Under the pieces are notes generated by a model that searched no databases, was not told the origin of the DNA, and saw only the letters and a program-made list of their open reading frames with translations. A stretch of 64,000 nucleotides of DNA from an uncultured Acidobacteriota bacterium. Its GTDB lineage: Bacteria; Acidobacteriota; Terriglobia; Bryobacterales; Bryobacteraceae. The position numbers were made by a program, and so were the translations under genes. Shown piece by piece: positions 21,959 through 31,170 of the stretch (the stretch's first letter is position 1; every line of letters starts with the position of its first letter). The stretch covers positions 75,063 to 139,062 of the forward strand of contig CAWKLV010000034.1 in NCBI GenBank assembly GCA_963850575.1, in the 5' to 3' direction.

Positions 21959-22930
21959 TTAGGCCAGGAGCCCGCCATGACCGAGGCAGGCAACTTCCCA
22001 ACCCGTAACCCGATACCTCGCCAGCAAAGGCGGCAGAATCAAATCGACCACGTTCGGTTTCGCCGAACGGAAACATCCAGGGGCCGAGACAATCGGAGTA
22101 TCGTCTTTGTAACTCAGCATCAACAAATTTCCCGGTTCCACAGGAGCGAGGAAACGTTCCATGTGACATCCCACTTTCGCCATCGCCCGCCCAATCACGT
22201 CCTCGGGCCCGGCGGGCGCAGTGGTGGAGGCGATCAGCATCAAGGTCGGCTTGGAGCGGTGCAGATGCAGTAGAGCTCGAGTGACGGACAATTCATCCTC
22301 CGTGACCGCCAGCGCGAAATTCGCGGTCACGTTACAGCGTTCCAGGCGCTGCCGCGTAATGTTCTCAAACAACTGCCGCGCGCGCTCCCCGTTTACCGGG
22401 TCGGCGTACAGAACTCCCACTGACGGGCGCCGGATCGGCCGCGCCTGAAGAATGGGTCCTCTTTCTTTTAATATTGAGATTACCGCTTCCAGTTGTTCTT
22501 GTGCAATAGCAAATGGCGCGCTTTTTACGGTCGCGATGCGTTGACCCGCTCTTGCGTAGCTGAAATTCACCGCTGTCGCGATCGCAATGCTGGAGGCACA
22601 ATTGATCTGCCGAAGCAAATCGTCGTCCACCAGCATGCAGCAGTCTTCGGTTGCGACCAGATTCGCGCGTCCGCCCGCCGCCAGTTTGATCTCGAGGCAG
22701 CCGCAGCCCATCTCGGAGGCTACCTGGAGAACGGCATCGTCTTCGCCGACTTCGCCCTCTTCGAGTTGGGTAACCCAGACTTGCTCCATTCCTTCCGTTT
22801 CCAGGAGCTTAACGTCCTCGTCGCTCATGACGTGTCCCTTCGCCAGGAGCTTCTTACCGCCCGGCCGGAAAATGGTGCAACATAAGATGCGCCCAGTGGA
22901 TTCGCGTACTTCAACGGTGAGAGCCTTCAT
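21959..22930 (-). CDS. molybdopterin-binding (MoCF-biosynthesis/MoeA-like) domain protein
   Basis: 323-aa intact ORF. The C-terminal half resembles a MoaB/MoeA-type molybdopterin-binding fold (SVGVLYADPVNGER..., LMLIASTTAPAGPEDV, SAPGCFRSAKPNVVDLILP). The assignment is from memory of the family pattern only. Confidence 0.4.
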   Translation of the reverse strand: MKALTVEVRESTGRILCCTIFRPGGKKLLAKGHVMSDEDVKLLETEGMEQVWVTQLEEGEVGEDDAVLQVASEMGCGCLEIKLAAGGRANLVATEDCCMLVDDDLLRQINCASSIAIATAVNFSYARAGQRIATVKSAPFAIAQEQLEAVISILKERGPILQARPIRRPSVGVLYADPVNGERARQLFENITRQRLERCNVTANFALAVTEDELSVTRALLHLHRSKPTLMLIASTTAPAGPEDVIGRAMAKVGCHMERFLAPVEPGNLLMLSYKDDTPIVSAPGCFRSAKPNVVDLILPPLLARYRVTGWEVACLGHGGLLA

Positions 22931-22956
22931 AGTGAGTTCCTAAGCGGAACCGCTAC

Positions 22957-22980
22957 TAACCTGGTATTATTTCCAGGTTA
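22957..22980. promoter_or_regulatory. perfect 8-bp inverted repeat with an 8-nt AT spacer (operator or 5'-UTR hairpin candidate)
   Basis: TAACCTGG TATTATTT CCAGGTTA, located between the -10-like element (22986..22991) and the start codon at 22930. Confidence 0.35.
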
Positions 22981-22983
22981 GAT

Positions 22984-22999
22984 CGATTCTACACCTAAT
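22984..22999 (-). promoter_or_regulatory. candidate promoter element; 16-nt motif shared with 12354..12369
   Basis: The minus strand reads ATTAGGTGTAGAATCG with a -10-like TAGAAT, 54-69 nt upstream of the start at 22930. Confidence 0.3.
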
Positions 23000-23119
23000 A
23001 AGTAACAGGCACCAACAATAAATCTCAGCGGATGTAAAAATATTTTTGACTTTCAGCTAATGCCGGGAATTAAGACGAGTATTTCCTAACGGAGTGGAAG
23101 TGGGAATTGCACCAAAACC

Positions 23120-23669
23120 TCATCTGGCGACGACCTGAGATGAAACGATTTGTGGCCAGATCTCGGGAGCGTGCGGGTCTGCGGCCCGCAGCCTCTTCAG
23201 CATCGCAATCTCATCACAACACTGGAATTTCGGGCACTTCAGACAGTCTTTCCAGGCTTTCAGGGGCAGTTCTCCTCGGTCGACTTCATCAAACCCGAGT
23301 TTGCGAAAGAATTCAGGTACATAGGTAAACGCAAATACTGACTCCAGATCGTTATCACGCGCTTCGCGCTCCAATGTCTCCACCAGAGCTCTGCCAATTC
23401 CATCCAGCTTTTCGGTTCCGGATCGACAGCCAGCGATCGAACTTCGGCGTAGGTCGGGGAGTAAAAATGAAGCGCGCCGCATCCCAATACGTACATTGCC
23501 GGAACAGGCCACCAGGAAATCCCGGATATTCTCCGCCATTTCAAACTCCGTGCGCGGCAGCATGATGCGCTGCGAGGCATAAGCGTTGATGAGACTCAAC
23601 ATGGGGCCGATATCCTTGACTGTGGCCCGCCGCAGCTCAACCGCGGGACTCGAGTCGAGGGTCAGGCAT
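23120..23669 (-). pseudogene. GNAT N-acetyltransferase of the short N-acetylglutamate-synthase type, about 3 frame changes
   Basis: VELRRATVKDIGPMLSLINAYASQRIMLPRTEFEMAENIRDFLVA / GCGALHFYSPTYAEVRSLAVDPE / GIGRALVETLEREARDNDLESVFAFTYVPEFFRKLGFDEV...KAWKDCLKCPKFQCCDEIAMLKRL across two frames. ATG at 23669 overlaps the argB TGA (ATGCCTGA). Confidence 0.65.
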
Positions 23670-24449
23670 CCGCCTTCTCCCCGGCGATGCGCGTTCCAAC
23701 CTGTTCGCCTGCCACCAGGCGGCCGACGATGCCCTGCATCTGCCCCGGCGCCACGATGACGCGGCCAACTCCGGCTGTCAACGGCCTGCCGCGCCGCCTC
23801 CAACTTGGCCTGCATGCCGCCGGTCGCGACGCCCGTTCCGATGAGCCGCTCGATACCCTCGGGCGTCAGGGTCGGAGCAATGGAGCCATCCGCTTCCCGC
23901 ACGCCCTCCACGTCGGTCAGGAAGAAAAGCGAATCCGCGCCAAAGCCGCTCGCGCACGCCGCCGCCATCTGGTCGCCGTTCACGTTGTAAATCCGGCCCT
24001 GGGCGTCACCGGCTATGCATGCCACCACGGGAATGTATCCATTCGTGGTCAGCAGGTTCAGTAAGGCTCCGCTGCCGCCTATCGGGCGCCCCACCGCGCC
24101 GAGGCGCGCGTCCATCGGCTCTGCGATGGTGGTGGCCGCATCCAGACCACTGAGGCCTACCGCACGTGCCCGAGCGGCGACGAAGGCCGCCACCAGTTCG
24201 TGGTTCACCGTCCCACCCAGCACCTTCAGCACTCCGTCCAGCACCTCGTCCGTGGTGACGCGCATCCCCTTAACGAAGCGGTTCTCCACATTTCGTTCGC
24301 TCAGGAAGCGCGACAACTGCTTGCCGCCGCCGTGGACCACCACCACCTCCGCGCCGGTCCGCGCAGAGATCCACAATCTCGCGAGTCAGGCGGGCGCGGG
24401 ATTCGGCGATGTCCAGCAGAGTCCCGCCGATTTTGATGAGTATCTTCAC
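23662..24449 (-). CDS. argB: acetylglutamate kinase, two frame changes (near 24370 and 23790)
   Basis: [12 protein letters not shown]..., [43 protein letters not shown]. In the corrected frame it ends ...[36 protein letters not shown] at 23662. The GTG start overlaps the argC TGA (GTGA). Confidence 0.85.
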
Positions 24450-25452
24450 AGTAACGCCTCGGTCTCCGCGAATCCGAGTGCCAGGTTCATGTTTTGGATG
24501 GCTTGCCCGGCGGCTCCCTTCACCAGATTGTCGATCACGCTCACGATCACCGCCCTACGTGTCGCTGCATCGAACTGGAAACCGATGTCACAGAAATTCG
24601 TTCGCTGGACAGTCCGCAGATTGGGTGTCTGGCCGGGCCGGTACAGCCGCACGAATGGCTCAGTGGAGTACTGCTGCTGATACACAGCTCAGGATCTGCT
24701 CGGCCGTCACGCCTGGAATGGTTCGCAGATAAATGGTTTCCAGGATGCCCCGGTCTACAGGGATCAATTGCGCGGTGAAGCTGAACTCGGCCTCCTCGAG
24801 TCCGGAAGTCATCAGGACTTCGGCAACATGGCGGTGGTCGAGAATCGAATAGACCGAGAAATTCTCGGTCACCTCGCAAAAGCTGGTCTTCAGGCTCGCT
24901 TTGCGACCGGCGCCGCTAACGCCCGATTTGGCGTCGCACACGATCCCAGCACCCGCGATCGACGATCCCGGCCTCGATCAGCGGAGCGATCGCGAGATTC
25001 GCGGCAGTCGGGTAACAGCCCGGATTAGCAATCAGCCGCGCCGGCGCAATCCGGCTGCGGCAGTATTCGGGCAGACCGTAAGCTGCTTCGGCCAGCAGGT
25101 CGGCAGCCGTGTGGTCTTGTTTATACCAGCGCCGGTAAGTGTCAGCGGTCCGCAGGCGGAAAGCGCCGCTGAGGTCGACGACTTTGATTCCGCCGGACAA
25201 AAAGCCCGGCGCCAGTTCCATTGACACTTCCGGAGGCGTCGCCAGGAAAACGAGGGCGAGCGACTCGGCTGCCGCAGATTCTGGCGTCGCTGCTGCGCGC
25301 GGAGGGCCAGCATGGCCGATTGGTTCGGGAGCCTTTTCGCCATCGTGGCGATGTTCGAGTAGAACGGTCTCCACCTGGCGATGTCCCTTGAGGAGGCGAA
25401 CGAGCTCAGCGCCGCTGTACCCTCGAAAACCAACAATACCGACGCGGGCCAT
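24446..25452 (-). CDS. argC: N-acetyl-gamma-glutamyl-phosphate reductase, two frame changes
   Basis: Fragments 24916..25452 ([30 protein letters not shown]), 24660..24941 ([11 protein letters not shown]) and 24446..24685 ([19 protein letters not shown]) are collinear. Confidence 0.85.
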
Positions 25453-25480
25453 TTGGTTATTTATTCACTCCAATGCATAA

Positions 25481-26349
25481 TTATACCTTAGGCTCTCCTG
25501 CGAGCTGGACGACCGTGGGTGAAGTGCCTAAATCGACGCCGGCGGCGGCGAACTGCGTCCAAATGCGTCGGTTCATCTCGCGGCCCACCGTCCACTGCTT
25601 CATGGGCAAGGTCTTGATACGAGCCTTGAGTTGTACGCCAGTTGTGGTAAGCCGATCCACACCCATCACTTCGAGTTCGTCCAGAATCGCGCCGCTCGAT
25701 AGTCCTGCTCGGTTCGCATGGCGCTGGCGATGCCCCGGAGAATCTGGATCGCCTTATCGCCGTCCTGGCCGTAATTCAGGGCTATATCGAACACGTAATA
25801 AGAGAAACCCCGGGTGAGATTGGCGAGCGTCTGAATCGAACCGTTGGGAATGATATGCACCGCGCCGTTCTCCGCGCGCAGGATTGTGGTGCGGAGATTG
25901 ATTTCCTCCACCGCGCCGCCGATGCCATTGATGACCGCCACGTCGTTAATGCGGATCTGATTTTCAATGATAAGAAACAGTCCGGAGATGATGTCTTTGA
26001 TGACGTTTTGGGCGCCGAAACCGACTGCGACGCCGATGATGCCTGCGCTGATGCCGGCGCCGGCCAGCAGAGCGTCTATTTTGAACCCTAATTCCTGGAG
26101 TCCCATCAGCACCAACGCGGCCCAGAGCACGGTCAAGAGGGTGCGGCGGATGACCGAGGTCACGGTGGAGGCGCGCTTTTCGGCTTCGATATCGAGCACG
26201 CCATGGTTTCGTGTCATCATCCGAACGGAGTACGTTCGTATGGCGCGGAATGACCGGTTGATGATCATCATCAACAGGTAGCCGAGAGCAAACAGAACGA
26301 GAACGCGAATTCCCGCGTACAGTAAAGGCAGATATCCATCAACGTGCAT
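25481..26349 (-). CDS. mechanosensitive ion channel (MscS family), frame change near 25670
   Basis: TM helices followed by the MscS core GVAVGFGAQNVIKDIISGLFLIIENQIRINDVAVINGIGGAVEEINLRTTILRAENGAVHIIPNG. The C-terminal domain continues in ORF 25481..25669. Confidence 0.8.
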
Positions 26350-26532
26350 TCGTTCTTATGGTGCCATGAAGGCCCGCATCTCCCTGAACGATCGGCGAGG
26401 CGGCAGCGTAGCGAAGGATTCGGGCAATGCCCGCGTTTATTCTTTGTTATATTCGCAACAATGAACCTGAGTGCATACTTCTCGCGAGAGTGTCACGCGT
26501 GGAGTGCTCCGCGCTCCAGGTCGGCCGAATAG

Positions 26533-27651
26533 ATGCGTTTCACTCCTGGCGATCTGTACCGGATGCAGGTACGAGATCTAGCCGACTATGCGATGTTCAT
26601 GCTGGATCCCGAAGGGATACTCTTCACCTGGAATGCTGGAGTCGAACGCCTTCTCGGATATCCCGAAGACGAGTGGATCGGCAGGCACGCATCGCTCATC
26701 TTCACACCTGCTGAAAATGCTAAAGATGTCTGTGAGTCGGAGATGCAGAAGGCCCGGGAAATGGGTTCGGCAACCGACATCCGCTGGCATGTTCGCAAAG
26801 ACGGCACCGAGTTTTTTGCCAATGGGTTCATGAACGCCATTCGGGACGAGAGCGGCGCCCTGATTGGCTATGCGAAGGTTCTGAGTGATGAAACGGTTCG
26901 CAAGCGGCTGCAAGACTCGTTGACAGACTCCAATACCGCGCTGGAGCAGTTTGCGTACGTTGCCAGCCATGATCTTCAGGAACCGCTCAGGACGATGGGG
27001 TCTTTTGCCCAGCTGCTGGCGAGGAAGTATACCGGTCATCTGGACCACGAAGCGGATCAGTGCTTGACATTTATTGTGAGTGCAGCCGCCCGAATGAGCG
27101 CTCTTGTCCAGGGATTGTTGGCCTACGCTCGCACGGCTACCGAGGATGAACGACCCTCGTCGGTGGCATTGGATGAAGACCTGGAAGCAGCGATTACGCT
27201 GCTGGCGCAATCTATCGGCGAGACTGGCGCTACCGTCACCCACGATCCTCTGCCCACGGTCCGGGTGGACCGAGGACAAATGGTTCGATTGTTCCAGAAT
27301 CTAATCAGCAATGCAGTGAAGTATCACAAACCTGGCGAGAAACCCCAGGTCCATATCGCTGCGGAACAACGGGGAGAAGAGTGGGTGATTTCCGTGCAAG
27401 ACAACGGGATCGGATTTGATCCTAAGTTTGCGTCCAGCATCTTCACTCCGTTCACACGGTTGCACACGGCCCAGGAGTATCCGGGAACCGGCGTGGGCCT
27501 GGCAATTTGCAGCCGCATCGTGCAAGCGCAAGGTGGCCGGATCTGGGCCGAATCGGAGCCAGGTCGAGGGACGACGTTTTTTTTCACGCTTCCTGTTCAA
27601 GGCCGCGAGCCCCTGGAACATACTCCGCCGATCAACATTTCTCGCCGATAG
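26533..27651 (+). CDS. PAS-domain sensor histidine kinase (no adjacent response regulator)
   Basis: PAS (GILFTWNAGVERLLGYPEDEWIGRHASLIFTP), HisKA H-box FAYVASHDLQEPLR, HATPase N/G boxes LISNAVKY, DNGIGF, GTGVGLAICSRIV. Confidence 0.85.
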   Translation: MRFTPGDLYRMQVRDLADYAMFMLDPEGILFTWNAGVERLLGYPEDEWIGRHASLIFTPAENAKDVCESEMQKAREMGSATDIRWHVRKDGTEFFANGFMNAIRDESGALIGYAKVLSDETVRKRLQDSLTDSNTALEQFAYVASHDLQEPLRTMGSFAQLLARKYTGHLDHEADQCLTFIVSAAARMSALVQGLLAYARTATEDERPSSVALDEDLEAAITLLAQSIGETGATVTHDPLPTVRVDRGQMVRLFQNLISNAVKYHKPGEKPQVHIAAEQRGEEWVISVQDNGIGFDPKFASSIFTPFTRLHTAQEYPGTGVGLAICSRIVQAQGGRIWAESEPGRGTTFFFTLPVQGREPLEHTPPINISRR

Positions 27652-27714
27652 TACAGCCGCGCGCGACCGGAGGCTCTGTCCCATCGTCGAGCATCTCGTG
27701 ATTCGGTGTTCATG

Positions 27715-28099
27715 TCAGAACTCTTTGCAAGGCGCTGGGAACTCAGCCTGAAGAAGCGCCTTCCTGAGGGTCCGGTGAGCGACAACAGCCAAACGGCCCG
27801 ATTGCCCGCGGCTGAGAGCTGCAGAGTCAGAAACGGACAGCAGAGCCGCTCCATGCCTCATCCATTCAGCCCCTTCGGGTAAGCTGATCGACTGGCTGTC
27901 GAGGCTGTAGGCGTAACCGTCGGTCAACTCGCTTCGAGCCCGGACAGAGACCCGCAGACGCGTAATTAATTCGTCGTAACGCGGTTTTTCGGCGACGCAG
28001 ATTGCCTTCAGGTTGCAAAGCGATGACCGGGGCGGGATGTTCTTGAGGGGCGGTGCAGGCGCATAGCCGGAAAAGACGCAGCGCTCTGGGTATCTTCAT
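27715..28099 (-). pseudogene. small conserved-looking hypothetical protein with a CCPF motif, 2-3 frame changes
   Basis: Stitching three reverse frames gives ...CNLKAICVAEKPRYDELITRLRVSVRARSELTDGYAYSLDSQSISLPEGAEWMRMERLCCPFLTLQLSAAGNRAVWLLSLTGP...LLQAEFPAPCKEF*. No family assignment. Confidence 0.3.
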
Positions 28100-28223
28100 G
28101 GGTCCAAGGTAAGACTTGAAGGAGCTTGCGATCAAATCGCCTGGGTGGGTTTGGCCGGAGCCATTCTGTCTTCTCAGCCTGTGGGCGTGTTCAGATTGAC
28201 CGCCTATTCGTCGTACACCGCAT

Positions 28224-30331
28224 TCACCCCTCAGAGCTTGCCGGCCAAGATGCTGAATTCGCGGTCACATTTCCGGCATGTATGTAGACATCAGTAATCG
28301 CGAGCGTTGCGAATGCTGACGCCGGCACTCGCAGGTTGATCTGGCTCAGGCCAGCGGGTTGGACCGGGGCCGGGCCGTAGTAGGTGACGTTGTAGGGGAC
28401 GAAGGTCGCTCCTAGAACTTCCGTTGACGAATACAGCGTTCGCCGTCATCGGGAACTGATTCACCGGCAGAGGGACATTGAGTATGGCGCCGTCCTGCGG
28501 GGCCGGAATGATGGGGCCTAAGCCGGTTGCGAACACAGACACAATGCTTCCCGGAGGAGCGGGGTGACTAGCCGAGTTGAGGGTTCCGTCCTCATTCACT
28601 GCGGCTGCGAAATTACCGTCACTCGTGAAGACGGCCGGAGCGGATCCACTACCGAAAGGGTGAGGAATTCGTCTGAACTCCCGAGTAGATCGCACAAACC
28701 TCTGTAGTTCTGTTTGCAACCAGCGACGACGGCCCGATGGCGTTGATTTGCGAATCCTGAACGTAGAGCAGCGGCGCGAGCTGGCCGTCGAAGCGCACCT
28801 GCACGGAGGACAAGTCCTGAGGAAAATCGTTGGCGGTCGCGGCCGAGGGCTGCACGCCCTCGGCTGGTCCCAGGCCGCTGCCGAAAATGCTGGCGATCTC
28901 ACCGGGGGCGACGCCGGTGGGTGTGTCCGAATAGAAGGCTACATTTGGCGGGGCCGCGCCGGGGATCTGAAGAACGGCCGCGTCCGTCAGACAGCCAAGT
29001 GGGAGGGCCTTGGCTGCTGGGTTGGGTGACAGGCGAGTCAGGACCTCAGTGCTGACCTTCGAAGTAAGGAGCGCGCCAACAAATGTAGACAGCGGAGTCG
29101 GGCCGCACGGCGATTCCGGTGGAACGGGATCCAGCGGCAGCAGGCAGCCAGGTGGCTTGAAGAATGCCGCCCGCGGGAATGAAGACGGTGAGATAAGGCT
29201 CGCTGCAGGTGGCTATCCTGTTCCTGACCGGATAGCTGCCGCGAAAAGCGATTCCAGTTGAGTAAATGTTCCCAGGGCCGTCAATGCCGACGGCGTACCC
29301 TACTCCGGTCCCCTGCCGGGTGAACAAGAGCGTTCCGTCAGCGCCGTAACGGATCAGTCGAAGCCCGGACGGCGGCGTTGTCAACGTCAAGACAGCGCCG
29401 CCGGTAGCTTCCACGCCGGGTGAGCCGGGCGCGGCACGCACGGGCACCACGGTCGAGTAGATCAGGCCGAAGCCGTCCGGCTTCAGGCGGGTAAGAAAGA
29501 CTGAGGACCCGGATACTGCTGTCTTTGTGGTGAGCGGGAAGTCGCTGGAGGTTGTCGTACCCGCGATCGTGAGTGAGCCTGTGACATCTACGGCGATGCC
29601 CGCCGGCATGTCGTTCTCGGAACCGGCCAGGTAGGTCGCGTACTCGATCGCAGTTCCGGTCGTGTTCAAGCATGCGATGAAGCCGTGGGTGCGGTCGTGT
29701 TCGGGAGTGTTTGCTGATAGTCGCCGGCTGTAGTCTTTAGGGGAGTATCGACGCCGGCAATCGTAGAGCCGCCAACCCACACGGCGGTTGTTGTGTCGAT
29801 CGCGATGAATGCGGCCTTGAGTCCGCTGCCAAGATCGAGCCTGGGCGCGCTGCTTTTGCCGCCACTCTTGATCTTCGCCACGAAGGCCGCGCCGGAGGAC
29901 GGCACACAGTACACGTTCCCCAATGAGTCGGCGGCTATTGCGGCCGGAATGAAGCCGGGATGGAACCGCCAGTCTGGTTCGCCCGAGGGGGTGAATCTTT
30001 CAATGTGCACCTTCTCTGCCACGCTTTCGTGACGGCGATTTGAAGCGCGAAATATGTGTCGTTCGGACACAACGAGTCGGGTCGTACACAGCTGCTCACT
30101 TATATCCGAGAGATTTGACCAACCCGTTGTGAGCACTCCGTCCGGTTCGGGAAAGCTCTGGATACTGGTCCAGCGCAGCACGCGCACCGAAGTATTGTTT
30201 TTGTGCACGACGTTACCGCGCGCCGCCGCTGCTTTGTCGCCATGATGTGTCTTCGCGGCATTGTACGGTACCCGGCCCGACATCGCATCACGTTCGCAAT
30301 GCAGGTCCGCGGCTGGACACGAGCATGGCAC
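28224..30331 (-). pseudogene. secreted beta-propeller (SBBP-like) repeat protein with TIGR03437-type C-terminal Ig-like domains, heavily frame-disrupted
   Basis: Fragments 29666..30331 and 29046..29780 contain repeats (GNVYCV..., VWVGGST..., GNIYSTG...). Fragments 28649..28855 and 28291..28902 contain VQVRFDGQLAPLLYVQDSQINAI... and, in another frame, AGLSQINLRVPAS. No intact N-terminus was found. Confidence 0.5.
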
Positions 30332-30420
30332 CGTGCAGCCGAGCCGCGTTCACCGACGCAGGTGGGGCATCCGCCGAAAACCAGTGTGCGGTGTACTCCG
30401 GGCCAATTTAAACTCGAACC

Positions 30421-31164
30421 ATGAACGGCAGCGAGAATCGTTGGGCGGGACGGCGGTTCCCGCGGCGTTCGCCAACCGGAGGTTTCGTGTTCGGCATCGT
30501 GATCATCGCCGTGGGCACCATCATGCTGCTGGACAACCTGGGAATTGTGCAGGCCCGGGACTTCTGGGATTACGCGCCTCTCCTGCTGGTGGCCGTCGGT
30601 TTGACCAAGATCTTAGAGGGACAGGCCCGTCCCGCCGGGCTGCTGTTTGGCGGTTTGTTAAGCGCCGCCGGAACGCTCTGGTTTCTCGAGAACATCGACG
30701 TGTTGCGCTTCGATCGCCGCCTGATCTGGCCGGTGATCATCATTGGGTTCGGTGTGATCCATCTGGTTCGGGCCCTCGATCGACAGCGATGTGTGAACAC
30801 AGGGGAGGTCCCGACCGTCGGAGAGTCCCAGGTGAATATGTGGGCCGTATTTGGAGGTTCCAAGCGGATCATCGATACGCAGGACTTTCGAAGCGGCGAC
30901 ATGTTTGCCGTCTTCGGCGGCGTGGAGGCTGATTTTAGGCCGGCGCGCATCGTGGACGCCGCGTCTCTCGATGCCAACGCCTTGTTCGGCGGCGTGGAGA
31001 TCAAGGTGCCAATGAATTGGAACGTGGTGCTGCGGGGCTCCGGAATTTTCGGAGGCTACGAAGACAAGACGATCCACCCGGCTGCGGACTCGCCCGTCCC
31101 TGCTCCGAAACTGGTGGTCACCGGGTTTGCAGTATTCGGCGGTGTGTCGGTTTCCAACGCTTGA
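30421..31164 (+). CDS. LiaF-like membrane protein (cell-wall-stress-module type, DUF2154-like C-terminus)
   Basis: Four predicted TM segments, then repeated beta-strand motifs AVFGGSK, AVFGGVE, ALFGGVE, GIFGGYE, AVFGGVS. It sits immediately upstream of the kinase/regulator pair. Confidence 0.6.
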   Translation: MNGSENRWAGRRFPRRSPTGGFVFGIVIIAVGTIMLLDNLGIVQARDFWDYAPLLLVAVGLTKILEGQARPAGLLFGGLLSAAGTLWFLENIDVLRFDRRLIWPVIIIGFGVIHLVRALDRQRCVNTGEVPTVGESQVNMWAVFGGSKRIIDTQDFRSGDMFAVFGGVEADFRPARIVDAASLDANALFGGVEIKVPMNWNVVLRGSGIFGGYEDKTIHPAADSPVPAPKLVVTGFAVFGGVSVSNA

Positions 31165-31170
31165 GATCGC

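Noticed and set aside
23120-24376. 418-aa ORF read as a bifunctional ArgB-GNAT (NAGS/K) fusion.
   Set aside because: The linker region ([36 protein letters not shown]) is out-of-frame sequence. The frame that restores the ArgB C-terminus hits TGA at 23662, and an overlapping ATG starts a separate GNAT gene.
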